From Lama guanicoe (lineage: Eukaryota): DNA of 64,000 nt. Below are positions 26,131-39,510 of this stretch, in pieces (position 1 is the stretch's first letter; each line of letters begins with the position of its first letter). Location of the stretch: the NCBI GenBank assembly GCA_013239625.1, contig MU054212.1:2728001-2792000 (forward strand), given 5' to 3'. A program made the position numbers and the translations under genes. The notes under the pieces are model-generated. The model worked only from the letters and a program-made list of their open reading frames with translations, did no database searches and was not told the DNA's origin.

Positions 26131-26959
26131 GTATTGAAACAGTATTTGTTATTTTATTTTTCATATCAAAAAAAGCAAGACGAAAGGAAGCAAAGAATGC
26201 AAATAGTTTATTCTACCTTGCACCCTACTGTTGCTGTCAAAATGCTTGTTAAAATTCCTTTGCCTATTTTATCCTAAAAAAAAAATCTTAATTTTGGCTG
26301 TTTTTTTAAATATATATATATATTGCCTTGAACTACTGCTACTTACTGCTTATTTTATACTTCTTCCTATCCCCCATCTCTAGTCATACTGAGTCTGTCT
26401 CAATTTTTTCTGTGCATTCTTTCTGGCAGTTTTATGTAATTTTCTCTTCATTGTGTATCTAAATTCAGCTCATCTGTTAAAGTTAAATCTGCCCTCTCAT
26501 TTCTTGACTATTCATACCCACACTGACTTCTTTTCTCTTTTCTCAGCACATGATGTGTCTGCATGGCATTTATTGTTCTCTGTTTCTTTCATACATATTT
26601 TTTCTCCGAGAGTATGAACTTCTGAGCAAAGCTATCATCCTGTTTCTTTGTATCCCCCACAGGATTAGGCACATATATGTTCAATAAATATCATTAATTG
26701 TTTGATTAACACCAAGGAAGGATCTTACTTGCATCTTCAGAGCAATTATTTGATACAGTGTTAGATTTTCAGATTAATCATCAGGGCTGAGATAGAGTAA
26801 ATCTATGAGAGCCGTGAGTTAGGGTCAGCAATAAAGGAACCACAGCTTATCTGTTCTGCTCTGCGAAATTAAATGTGTTTTGTGACAGACTCCTCCCAGC
26901 GTTGACCCTAAACATTGACAGTTCCTAAATGATCAACAATCATCTTAATAGAGGAAGGA

Positions 26960-28330
26960 TTAAAAAGAACTGTTTTTATTAATAAAAATGTAATGAATGC
27001 AGCATGTTCACATGCAAAAAGAAGTAACGGTATAAAATTGTTTGAAAAAAATAAATGTTTCTCCTCACAGGTTTCCACTCCCCCATCCCCTGCCCAGCCA
27101 GATGTAGCCACTGTTAAGATTTCACATGTCCTTCTAGAAATCTGTTATGAACATGGACATATATCTCATGTGCCTTCATAAATCCACCTTTGATTTTGTT
27201 TTTACTAAATGCAATGCAGCTGTACCTTTGTTCAGCCCTTGATACTTTTCCTCCTTTCCATAATCTCTCTTGTATAATTTACCTCCATAATTTTTAAAGG
27301 TATATGACATTACTGTGTTGAGATAAATGTAATTTATTCATCCATTCCTCTGATGGACATTTAGTTTGTTTCTGGGTTTTTGCTTTTATTGACTCAAAGA
27401 GTATCCTTGTATTTATATTGTTGTATGCTTGTCCCATGTAACTATTGGCTAAATTCCTAGAAATGGAATTCCTGGGTTAAAGAGTATGCATAATAGGGAA
27501 AAACTTTTTGGAAAAATTCAAACACACTCAAAGATAGAATTGTAAAATGAACCCCCCACATACCTACCACCCTGTTACAACTCCTATCTATATATACCCA
27601 GTTTTGTTTCATTTGTATCTGAACCAACCTTCTCAGGTAAGTTTTCACTCATCAGGTTATTTTAAAGTCAATCCTAGACTCAATATCATTTTACCCATAA
27701 ATATTATTTGTTGTTTTTGACTTTTGGTAACTGTTTTAAAATTAACCAATTGAATAAGTTGAATCAGTTTTTACCTCCATTCGTGCCTATTTTTCTGCAC
27801 TCTGATTAACTAACACTAGGGGTGATCTTTTCCATCTGATGGTTGAAAATGGCAATTTTTAATAGAGTGTTTAAATGATGAGAAAAACTGAGCAATTTTT
27901 TCATGTGTATATTGGCACTTTTCAATTTACCTTTTCCCCACTGAGTTGTATTTTTTAATAGATTAAGAATATGGAACACTGTACAACCTCCTTCCCTTTT
28001 CTTTCAGTTTGGGCTTTATTCATCTACAAGTTTTTATTTTCAAAAACAAAAATCAGTCTTTTGCTTTTGTCTTCTGGGCTGCTGTTCTGTTTGGAAAACC
28101 CTTTCTTAATAATTAGACTTATGTTTTAGTGCTATACTACTTTACTTGTTAAGTATAAATCTTTGATTCATTCACAGGTTATTTTGGTTAAGAGCTGAGA
28201 TACAGATTTAACTGTATTCCCTCAGTCTTCTCTCTTTCTCTTCCAGGCTAGCAGATTGTCCCATCACTATTTACTAAACAATTCTTTCCCCACCGATTTG
28301 AAATGCCACTTTTATTACACACAAATTTGT
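26960..28330. mobile_element. Old L1ME-like fragments
   Basis: tccattcctctgatggacatttagtttgtttc...attcctagaaatggaattcctgggttaaagagtatg, typical of antisense L1ME 3' sequence. Confidence 0.6.
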
Positions 28331-28381
28331 ATTGAATACAAATTCTTGTTTGTACTTGAGCCTGTTTCTGTATACTCTGAG

Positions 28382-28572
28382 CGAGTGCTACCTAATGGAA
28401 CTTTTTGTGATAAAAACGTTCTGTGTCTGTGCTGTCCTGAACAGCTACATATGGCTGCTGAGCAGTTGAACTGTGGCCAGTGTGATTGAGGAAATGAAGT
28501 TTGAGCTTTAAAAAAACTACTGTAAGTGTTAATAGTCACAGGAGGCTAGTAGATACTATGTAAGTGCAGCGG
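28382..28572. mobile_element. MER3-like hAT-Charlie MITE
   Basis: ctaatggaactttttgtgataaaaacgttctgtgtctgtgctgtcc...agctacatatggctgctgagca...tgtggccagtgtgattgaggaa. Confidence 0.75.
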
Positions 28573-28629
28573 GACTAGCCTACTGACGTATGTCTGTTTA
28601 TGACTATTGATGTGTTAGTACCAAATCTT

Positions 28630-28910
28630 TTTTTAACCATCTTAATCATCCTTAAGTGTACAGTTAAGTGGTGTTAAGCATACTCACGTTGTTGTAGACC
28701 GTATCCCCTGAACTTTTTCATCTTGCAAAACTGAGATTCCGTGTGCATTAAACAACTCCCCTTCTCCCCCTTTCCCAGTGCCTGGTAACCACCATTCTAC
28801 TCTGATTCCATGAATCTGGCTGCTTAGATACCTCATGTATGTGGAATCATATAGTATTTGTCTTTTTTGTGACTGGTTTATTTCACTTAGCATGATGTCC
28901 TCAAGTTTCC
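28630..28910 (-). mobile_element. L1MB-like 3' fragment
   Basis: ORF 28684-28968 includes LEDIMLSEINQSQKRQILYDST, the L1 ORF2 terminus. Also cctggtaaccaccattctactc. Confidence 0.8.
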
Positions 28911-28939
28911 AAATCTCCAAATCCAGTGCCCATAGAAAG

Positions 28940-31200
28940 AATACTGAGTATTCACTACCACAGAACATTTAGTGAAAACAGGGATCATGGGATAAGGTGG
29001 TCCGTCATAGTACCCTGGGGAACTTAGGGAAGGAAAAGGCTTTAGAGATTCTGAGCTCAGCATCTCCATAAGGGAGTGAAAGCCTCAGTGATTGCCCTGG
29101 AAGGTGCCTTTATCTCTTGTAGCCAGAGGCAGAGATTTCTAAAAACCAGACCCTAAATCTGATTTTGCAGGTGGCTGAATTACCGTGCATGTTCAGCTTC
29201 CGGTCTTGTACAGTCTCTTGTGTTCAAGTTAACAACGTTGGAAAGGAATGGAAAACTGAACGTTGGGGTGGGGAATATGGGCAGATTCCAGTGAGGCAGA
29301 AGAACCTTGAACTCCTCGGTTCTGCCTCACTGCCTTTGCCAGTCCTTCCACCCCGTCTCAGGGAGCTTAGTCTCCTGAGGGAGCTGTGATGGCTGCCCTT
29401 CAGGCCGTTGCCTTGCAGGAGACCACGTATCTTCCTCAGGAACTATCTTCACCACCTGTCATTGCTTCAGTACCTACAACACCCCCCAGGGAATGAGGTA
29501 CTAAGATCACCCATGAGAGAGTATGATACACACTTAAAGAATTGCATGGTTTTGCCTGCAGTTACCTGGGGAATGGTGTGGGATCAGAGTAGCCAGAATA
29601 TAAAGTTGATCAGGTGATTTTTTTGATGTGGGCACACTGAACAGAGATTCCAGAGTGAAGGGATTAGGTCAGAGGACTAGGAGTGGTTTGTCAGTTGATT
29701 GAACATTTCATTATACTTAAAGGTGGCCTAAACTCAAGTTGAGGTAGATGCTAGAACTTTGAGGAAGTTACCCAAAGGCTTAGGGAGATTCGAATGCTAA
29801 AGTGGATTTTTCATTTTAAAAAAACTTGATCACATGTGTCCCCTGGGTGGGCCCAGAGGAGACTCCTTTCCTCACAGTTCTGAGAAGCACATTCATTGGA
29901 GGGGCCTCAGCATCGCTGGGGAGCTCTGTTGGCTATTCTCTTTAAACCGGTAATGACTGGTTAACTCTTGCCATCAAACGAGGATCCCTGAATTTGTCAG
30001 GAATGAAAGAGTGCCCAGGAGGCAGAGGCAGGTACTGGTGCTTGACTGCTAAAGGCAGAGTGATGTGGTTACATAGCCTAGGAAGTAATCACAGCAGTCT
30101 GGGCTGCAGGGATCTTTGGCACTGGCTTGTTGATCATAGTGTCCCTATGACTGAAATGGGTCGGCAACCTGTTAAGTAAACAGAGCAACTAGAGGCCTGG
30201 GGAACAGAAGTGTGACTGGATGGTCTCAGTAAAGAGTTTAGAGCCCCTCAACTAGTCCCCACACCTAGGCCAGTTCGCAGGCCCAATGCCTTTGAATGAA
30301 GGGAAAGTCAGATCCTCCTGAGGAAAGACTCTACAACATAGCCAGAATTTTATGCTATGAGTCTCCGTCTGTCCTTTCCCCTAAAGACCTATAGCCGTTT
30401 ACTAGAGTGCCTGGGCACTGGGGAAGGGGAAATTCACATTGGTTCACTGACCTGTGGAAGTGAGAGAAAGTCCAGTGGAAGCCACTAGAATGTCACCCCC
30501 CTACAAAAATAGTAAACTATTACCCAGAGGGACTGCAGAGCTACCGTTAAGGATTTGAAAGATGCAGAAGTGGTGATTCCTCTAACGTCCCCATTCGACT
30601 CACTCGTCTGGCATTGAAGAAGACGGATGGGTCTTAGAGAATGATGGTGGATTATCATGAATTTAATCAGGTGGTGGTTTCAATTGCAGTTACTGTTCCA
30701 GATGTGGTTTTACGGCTGTAGCAAGTCAGTGCAATTCCTGGCATTTGATATGCAGATGTTGATCTGCTTTTTTCCTCTATGCTTATTAATATAAGACCAT
30801 CAGAATTAGTTTGTTCCTAACTGGCAGAATCAGCAGTATACCTTCACCAACCTGTCTTGGGGCTAAATCAAGCCTTAGTCATGAGCCAGTGTGCCAGAAT
30901 CTGGATGGCCTCTCCCTCCCACAGGACATTATGCTAATCCATTACATCGATACGATGTTGTCAGAGCTGGTGAGCCGAAAGTCACAACTCCTGTAGACGT
31001 TGTGCATGCGTGCCAGAGGGTGCGAATAAGTCTCACAAAAACTGGGGGGCCTGTCATCTTGATGAACTTCCTAGGAGTCCAGTGGTTTGCAGCATACTGA
31101 GATACCCTTTCCAAGGTAAGAGACAGCTTGCTATATCTGGCTTCTCCCATCACAAAGAAAGGGGGAATATTTGGATTTTGGAGGCAACATACACATCACT
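28940..31200 (+). mobile_element. Decayed ERV-L (class III) internal gag-pol fragment, no LTR recognised
   Basis: Gag-like ISCSQR..ISKNQTLNLILQVAEL (about 29110-29180). RT-like KDLKDAEVVIPLTSPFDSLVW..KTDGS*RMMVDYHEFNQVVVSIAVTVPDVV (30549-30710). IMLIHYIDTML is a degenerate YIDD motif (about 30930-30960). Confidence 0.88.
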
Positions 31201-33219
31201 TGATCTGAAATGAGGACTGTCCCTCTTTCCACAAGCTTTGCTCTGCTCTGTTGTCCTAATCAGAGCTCCAAAGCTTCCCCTTTCTCTTTCATTTTGTGTC
31301 TGGGGTCTGTTCTGCCTCCTTTCTTTTTTATTTCCTGTGAGTCTCTCACGGTCAACTCTTCCCAAGTCCTTTTCCTTTTCCTGTCACTTAAACCTTTTCA
31401 TTCCTCAGGCTGGTGATTTTCTTAAGTGTTCCTCCCTTGTCTCTGTAATGCGAATTTTCATATTTAAAATTTTTATTTTCATCCAGATGAATGTTTATTG
31501 TAGAAAACTTAGAGAAATAAATGTAAAATAATTCATACCCTATCACATTTTTATAAAATTTATAGTGTAATTTTTTTATAACTTTCTTTTTACTTAATGA
31601 ATAACGTATGCGTCTCATCCATGCTATTTAACTGTTTCACAGATTTCATTGGCATACTGTGATTTATCCATCTCCCCTACTGGACATGTTTTAGCTTCCA
31701 AAGTAATATTGTGTGAGCCTATTTGTAATTAGATCTTTGACCATGTTCTCCCACCCCCCAGAAACAGAATTGCAAGGTCAGACGAGATACTCATTATTAA
31801 AGTTCTTTTAAAATATTTACTGCCATTTGTTCCCCAAACTTGAACTAGTCTACGTCCCTACCAGCAGTACATGAACGTGTTTATTTACATCTCATCAGTA
31901 CCAGATATTGTTATTTTACAAACTTTACGCCATTTGTTTCTTCTCAGTCTTTTGAATTGTGAATACTCTCTATTTTCTATTTAGAAGTCATAATATATTT
32001 GTTGGGATGGCATTTGTGTTAGCTTATTCATTCATTCGGTCACCCACTTGTGTTAGATACAGTGATGAGAAGACAAGAATTAGGTATTGGCTTGCTTGGA
32101 ATTTATGGTCCAGAAGTTACAGTTTTATTACAGCAGTGTTGGATTCACACTGATCTGGCCTGTTTTATTTTGCCTTGTAACTAAGCATGGATCGGGGAAT
32201 CCTTGGAGCCTGTGATACAGGACGCTGATGATGGACTTTGTTAGCATGGTGGTCTTTTTAGCAGTAGGCCATGGATACTTGTGATTAACTGGAAATTAAC
32301 ATAGTGTGTGTAAAAAGTCAAGTTACCTCTGCAGAACTGGCTGTGAGCCTTGAAGATTCCTGTCTTTTCCGCAAGTATTTTTAGTGTTACATTCCTCTGC
32401 TCCAGTAAGTATTTTGGTCACTGTTCCTCCCAGGGCAAATAGTGTCTTAAATGTAATATTTGAAGCATTATATGGTATTTTTTCCTTCAGAGCACTTTAA
32501 TTATAGTTGGCATTATGATGAGGTTATGCTAAGAGAGGTTTTTTTCCCCCTAAGTTGTCGGGCTTTAAAATGACTCCTGTAAGCTATCAGGCTCCCAGGA
32601 AGCAGTGTTTGAAACAGAGTGTCTGTGTGCATACTCTGTCTGTAATTGAGGCTGGTATTATTCTCCTTAGGTTTTTCAATTGTAGTTGCCTCACGTGGCC
32701 AGTTATATTGTTATACTTGTTCCCTAATACTGTGCTAGTACCTGTTTGTTTCAGTGGCTTATGCATCTGTTTGGTATATGTAATAGTGACTGTGGAAAGG
32801 CTGGGTGTGTTATATAGGATTGCCTATAATAAATATCAGTCTGGTCTTACAGGGTTTTCCAAAGTGACAGCTGAGTATTAATTAACAACAAACTAATGTT
32901 TATGGCAAAAGTGGTTGGTAACTCCGTTGCTAAGCATATATTTCATGGTTCAAATGACAGTTAATTTCTCTGCAATATTCCCAAATAAAATGTTCAGATT
33001 TTCTAATTAATGTTGCCAGTGAAAACCCAGGTTTACATGGAAAAATTCAGTGTATCTGCCTTAGATATTGCAACAGTACCTATTTAGAGTATGTTGTTGA
33101 ACTATTTATGCATTTTTCTTAAGAATACATGAGTCTTGAAAAGAATAAATGTAAGTTGCTTTTGAAATGTATATTTGAACTTGCTTGTTTGACTTATTAG
33201 ACTGTGCCAATCTTCTGGG

Positions 33220-33815
33220 GTTTTGTTGAAGTGTAATTCACATACCATATAATTCACCATTTTTGAAGTGTACAGTTCAGTAGATTTGAGTGCAGTTGGC
33301 CCTCCATACTTGCAAGTTCCACATCTGTGAATTCAACAAACCACAGATTGAAAATACCTGAAAATATCTGGAAAAAAAATTCCAGAAAGTTCCAAAAAGT
33401 AAAACTTGAATTTGCCTGGTGGTGGCAACTGTCTACATAGCATTTAGACAGTTGTAGCATTGTAGTAGGCATTACAGATAATCTAGGGATGATTTAAAGT
33501 ACGCTGGAGGATATATGTAGAGTATATGTAAATGATGTGTCATTTTATATAAGGGACTTGAGCACCACAGATTTTGATATTCACAGGGGATCCTGGAACC
33601 AATCCTCTGCAGATACCTAGGGACGACTGTATATTCACATGGCTGTGCAACCATCTGTCTCTCGATTTGCTTATTCTGGGCATTCATATGAAAGGAATTA
33701 TACAGTATTTGGCTTCTGATTTCTTTGACTTAGCACAATGTTTTCAAGATCCATCCATGTGTTGGCATATATCAGTACTACATTCCTATTTATGGTCAAA
33801 TAATATTTCATAAGT
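33220..33815 (-). mobile_element. L1MB-like 3' fragment interrupted by MER2
   Basis: gaagtgtaattcacataccatataattcacc...tttgag[MER2]tatattcacatggctgtgcaaccatc continues across the insertion. Confidence 0.75.
33293..33629 (-). mobile_element. MER2-family Tigger MITE
   Basis: cagttggccctcc...tttatataagggacttgagcacc...cctggaaccaatcc...gatacctagggacgactg|TA. Confidence 0.85.
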
Positions 33816-33829
33816 TTTTTTTTTTTAAC

Positions 33830-34670
33830 TGTGGTTGTGCATTTGTCTCTGCCTACCTATAAATTATTGCTTCTTTTATTTGATGGTCTGTTACTGGTTA
33901 CAAACACATTATGTCTTTTTGATGAATTGTCCCCTTTGGTTATTGTGAAATGATTCTCATTTCTAGTAGTATTCCTTGTCTTAAACCTCACTGTATTTGA
34001 TATCATAGCCACACCAGCCTTCTTATGCTTGATATTCAAGTGGTTTATTTTTTCTCCATCCATTTACTTTCAGCCCATCTGTGCCTTCATTTAAAGCTGA
34101 TCTCTTTTGAGTAGCATATAATTCAGTTTCAGATTTATATCCAGTCTAAAAATTTACTTGGACTATGTAGTCCATTTACATTTAATGTAGGTATTACTGT
34201 GATTGGATTTGAGTCTACCATCTTGCTATTTGTTTTCTTTGTCCTATCTTTTTTCCTTTCTTGTCATCTTTTGAGTCAATCAAGTAGTGTTTTAGTATGT
34301 CATTCTATATCCTTTATTGGCTTCTTAACTATACCTGTTTTATTTTTTCAGTGGTTACTGTGTCTGTTTAAAGGTACAATATGTATCCTTAACTGACTAC
34401 AGTTAATCTTAAATTAATGCCACTTCACCTATGTAAAAATCTTTTAACTATATAATTCCATTAGGCAGATGCCTCCCATCCCTTGTGCTGTTGTCGCCTA
34501 TTTTACTTCTGCATATGTTTTAACCTCCATAGTACATTGTTATTACTTGGTCATATATTTTTTAAAGAATTTATGGAAATAAAAATAGTTTTTAAAGTAT
34601 TTATCATTTCTAGTGCTCTTTCATTTTTCTTGTAAATTCATGTATCTTTTTAGTATTTTTTCCATCAGTG
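33830..34670 (-). mobile_element. Old L1M ORF2 endonuclease-region fragment
   Basis: ORF 33857-34063 KKAGVAMISNTVRFKTRNTTRNENHFTITKG resembles L1 EN KKAGVAILISDKIDFK...GHYIMIKG. Confidence 0.8.
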
Positions 34671-35399
34671 TGCAATTCACCAACTCTAGAATTATCAGAG
34701 TTTTAATTAAACAATGCTACTATTAATATATTTAAATATACTGGTAAAAATCTACCTTTAGTTATAAGGCACAGCAATCCTTACTGATATTGTAGCTTTT
34801 TTTTTTTTTTAAAGCATTCACATCCTCCAAGGATAAAATCAGAGCTGGTTCTGAAAGAAAAATCTTTAACTGGTACTCCTTTAAAGAAGTTTTCTTAAAA
34901 TAATAGATAAATAAAGCTTATTTCTGGACATAGTTTACTTGAATTTTTAGAAGACTTTGTAAGTATCTTAATTAAAAGTTGAAGAAAATAACCAGAGTAT
35001 AAAGAGGACAGTCCTAACATGGGCTTTTCAACTTGCAGGAAGTTACTGCTTTTCAGAGTTGACTGTGTGTTTGGTTATTTGCTTTTCTTGTGTGTTACAT
35101 TACTTAGTGGGTTGTTCAGAGAAAGTAGCAGAAAATAGCCTTTTGAGCAAATCCCATCTGGTGGCAGCTTGGTGGGGATAAGTAATGCTGAGGAACAAGT
35201 CATCAAAGGACTTTACCTTTACAGCTTTTCTCCCAGATTTATTTGGCTTAAAGCAGGATCTTGATTTTAAAGTTCCAAAACCCATAATATGGCTTATTTT
35301 CACTGTTTGGTCATTCATATAATGGTATGGCATTGGTATTATTGGGTGGCACTTGATGCATACCTGTACTGCAGACATTGCCAAACACTATATAAAATA

Positions 35400-36180
35400 T
35401 TTACAGGTACAGAATCCTTCCTTTCCAGCGAGTGAGACAGTTAAAGAGGTAGTTGCTTTGCGCCAGGTAAATGTGATAGTAAAGCACAGAGCACCACTAA
35501 CGTACAAAGGAGTTGTACCTCATCTAGGCTTGTGGTCAGTTTGTGTTAGCAGCATTGGGGAAATGTTACCTGAATTGAGTCTTAAAGAACTTAGGAATGT
35601 GATACAAGAATAGGACACAGAGCTTGGAGAAGGACTTCCAGGAGGAGAGAATTACCTGTCTGGAACAAAGAGGAAAAAATATTCTACGGCATGATCAATA
35701 GTTTGAGACAGAGAAAGCAATGAAAGATGAGAATGTGGGGACAGGCTTTGGTATGCTCAGGGATGACTGTATGTGTCATGCTAGGATGCTTGGACTCGGT
35801 CCTGTAGGAGACTGTTAGTCACTGGAGCATTTTAAACAGGAAAACAGTGTTGTCAGATTACTTACTATTTTAGAAAGATCTTTCTCACTGCAGTGTGAGC
35901 AATATTAATCCTGGAAATAGGGAAGTTTCTTAGAGGGTTGATGAAGTAATGTTAGGCAGAAGGTAATGAAAGTGAAAACATAGAAAGAAGTAGCTGATTT
36001 GGAAACTGGTAAGGAAGCAGAATAGATAGGAAGTGTAGCTGGAATGAACAGGAAGAAAGGGATGACCCCCGGTGTTCTGGCTTAGGCACTGGAGGTGAAT
36101 GGTGTTACTATTCTTTTAAATGAGAAAGAGGAGAAAGGAAAGAAGTAATGATTTGAAACAAGTTAAATTTAGGATACTTA
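35400..36180 (-). mobile_element. L2 fragment
   Basis: Purine-rich tgtcatgctaggatgcttggact...cactggagcattttaaacagg...ttttagaaagatc. Confidence 0.65.
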
Positions 36181-36504
36181 CTTCATCAGGAAATTGAACA
36201 ATGAGGTCTTTTAGTAAAGCATTCTTTGGGAGATAAAGACAGCGGATGGTCATTAGCATAGAACAGCCAGTATTTATAGCTCTTGTAATTGCACAACTAG
36301 AACTCAAAGCCCATGACTGCATATCACATCAGTCTGTTTAGACATATTGCTTCTCTAAAAGACTGTTGAAACACAGATACTTAGAGGTGACAAAATTTTA
36401 GGGCAGAAGTTAGCATGCAAGGTTGTCAGTATTCTGAAATAAAGGGATGAAAGGAAGGTGATAAGAGGTGGGAGTTCTGTTGCTTCAGAAGTTCTGCTTG
36501 TTGA

Positions 36505-36518
36505 CCAGCAGAGGGCAG
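36505..36518 (+). promoter_or_regulatory. CTCF core motif CCAGCAGAGGGCAG
   Basis: Exact match to CCASYAGRKGGCRS in non-repeat sequence. Binding is not shown. Confidence 0.6.
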
Positions 36519-37354
36519 TCAGTCTCTCAGTTCAGTATTTTCTACTCTGTGCTGCCCTTAAGGCTTAGAAGCTCAGGTCTTTAGAACATAAATTTTCAGT
36601 GTTCCTGTTACACTAGGCCAGGCATCCGGGGCACTTTTATTTACCCTTGCTTCTAAGACTTAAAGGATGTTCAGGTTTTGTTCTGGAGCCAGTTCTTCTT
36701 CCACATCCCCTAGGCCCCATGTCTAATTATTTTTTCCCTAAGTTTGACTTGAGTCATCCTTTTAAGACCTGCCATGGTGACGGGGGTAAGCATAAAATCA
36801 AGCAGAAAGTTTGAGAAATGTAATGAATCTTTGCCTCTGTTAAAAATGCCCGATTTTTGTTCCTAATTAACTGCTAAGACCCAGGGATACATTTGTGTTT
36901 TCTTGGTCTAGTGATTCAGGGACTAGAATGGAAGAGGTGGGCATCAGCTCCTGGAGACAGTATTGATAAGCCTGGTTGGCTCTGTAGAGCAGAACACTGT
37001 TAGATTTGAAGGGCTTATATAAACCTTCCTGTCCCAGGATACACCCTTCATGCACCTGCCATATGTCTGAAATGCCCATTAGTTTACTTTTTAGCTTTAA
37101 GTATTCAAAGCTCAACTAAAATTCAAAAAATTCACTGGGAGGGACAAGGTAAGTGTGGCAGGACAAATTATTTCTTTAAATTAGCTAGGACTTAGAGAAA
37201 CAGGGATGGGCAGGAAAGTCTAATTAGATTTAACTAGGGGATGGAAGGAAAGGTCTGGAACTAGGATTATACTGTTTCCTGTTTTGGGTTTGTTTTTGTT
37301 TTTTGGCTTTTTGTTTCCTGTTTATAAACCTTCAATGCCTCCCAACTGATGAGT

Positions 37355-37497
37355 GACATTTATAGAGTATGTACTGTACGCCAGGCATTGTCATTTCATG
37401 CTCAAGCCAACCCTATGAGATAATTACGGTAACTGTCCCTGTTTTGCAGGTCAGGAAGCTGAGGCACAGAGAGGTTAAAGTAGTTTGTCTGAGGTTG
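37355..37497 (-). mobile_element. MIR SINE
   Basis: ctgttttgcaggtcaggaagctgaggcacagagaggttaaagtagtttgtctgagg core. Confidence 0.75.
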
Positions 37498-38959
37498 CTT
37501 GTGGAGGAGACAACCTGTGTTCACCACTGTTCAGTCCTCCTGTGTATCTTATGCTGCCAGAACAGTTTCTTGTCCACACTAGGTGCCCTGTAACCCAGGT
37601 AACTTTTGAATTGAATCAACACATGGACTAGCATGAAGCTAAGTGACTGCACGGTGGCTCTTGGAAACAGAGGCCCCTTTGAAATCACTGAGACCCTCAG
37701 CCAGATTCATGAGGCCCCTGGGCTCAGAAGGATGTTATTTCTGCTTCTCGGTATAGCAGTAGCATAATTTAAGGAAACAGTGAAAAAAAGAAGTAGAGAT
37801 GCTTTTAAAGGTGTTACTTCCCAGCACCTGTTCTGTTAGGTTGTGGGGGAAATGTGCATAACTGGTTATTTGGATTACTTAGTGTCATTCTTAAAATGGT
37901 GTTATTTCTGTGAAATTAGTAGTTGATAGTGTTCAGTTTTTCCTTATTAGAGCAAAAAGAGTTCCTCAGAAGTTTCATAATAAAAATATGGAACTTCGTT
38001 TAGTGATATAGTTGAACAATTTAATGAAGGCTATCTTAATCGACCTGGGAGTGTCAGAGAATGTGTATATCTTGGTTTGGTTACACTTCCAAAAACATTT
38101 GTTGTACACTTAGTGAATTATTTCTTTCATCTTCATTGAATTTCATCCTCTATTTTAGCTTTTTTTCAATCTAAGTGAAGAATGCAGATTAAGGAATATC
38201 TTCACATAGAAGGTCAATTAGGAAAACCCTCTGTTTCAGAAACAAATAGTACATTGTCCCAAGAGTCTTTTTTTTCCTTCTTACAAATTCTGGTCTCTTA
38301 ACTACATTAGTGTTCTTTGGCATTGACTGTGCGTGTAGTCAGAAATCAGTCCTAGGCAACTTTGGGGAAAGGACTGGGAGAGGAAGAAAATGAAAACTGA
38401 TGGTGAAAGCAGGTTTGAGTTTGTGTGGCTCTAAGTTACCCATGCACATTCCACCCTCCTTGCCACAATAATTGAGAGGTAGCTGATTATTCTGGCCAGC
38501 TGACAAGTCAGATTGTGGATTTTCCCAAGTCATAAGCTTAGGAATAAAAACGCTGTATATTTGTACCTAAATTTAAGAAAGATTGACTCTCCAAGCCAGT
38601 CACTCTTTGGAGGAAGAGAATGCTATCACCTTCGTAAAGCTGTGCATTATAAAAGGCATGTCTGTGGGGTTACTGAATGTCCCTTGGGGTTTGTTTCATT
38701 TATAACGTTGCCTCGGGCCTTCTGCTGCATCCTGTTGGAATGACCTCCTTTTCAACCCTGTGCTGGCAGCTGTGATACAGCTCTTTCCCTTGGATCCTTC
38801 GGGCTTGTCACATGACAGACATGAACTGTGACCTCTTTGTTCCTTACCCAGATGATTAGGTCTCCTTAATTTTTTTTCTATTAAACAATTTTGCCTTATT
38901 TTCTTTCCTCTTTTTCCTCTTTGTTCCCGTTTATTTCCTACCTACACAGGATTTTTTTT

Positions 38960-39510
38960 GATAGCAGTTTAATTTTCTTATTGAAGTATAACATCAATGC
39001 AGACAAGTATGTACAAAAGTAAATACAAATCATGAATAAGCTCACTGAATTTTCACAGCATGAACACATCCATGTAGACAAGCACTCAGGTCAAAAAAGA
39101 GAGGCAGGGGTAGGGGGAACATTGCCAGAATCCCAGAAAACCTCTCCTAGCCTCTTCTGATCACTTCTCTTCTCCCTTAAGGGGAATCATCCCAATTTCT
39201 AGAGCTTTACCTGGATTTGAACTTTATAGAAATGGAATCAAACTGTATGTATTCCTTTGTATCTGAATCCTTTCATTTAACATTTTTGTGACATTTGTCC
39301 ATGGTACTCAGTTTGTTACTGTTGTGTAGTATTCCCTTTGTATGAATATTCTAGTTTATTCTGCTCTTAATGGGCATTTGGATTATTTCTAGTTTCGGGC
39401 TTTTGTGAGTAGTAGTGCTAAACATTCTCATACATGTCTTTTGGTAAACACATGACATATTTCTGGATATTTACATAGAAGTGAAATTGCCAAGGCAAAG
39501 TGTATCCATC
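38960..39510 (-). mobile_element. Old L1ME-like 3' fragment
   Basis: tttgaactttatagaaatggaatcaaactgtatgtattcctttgtatctg...gggcatttggattatttctagttt. Confidence 0.7.
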
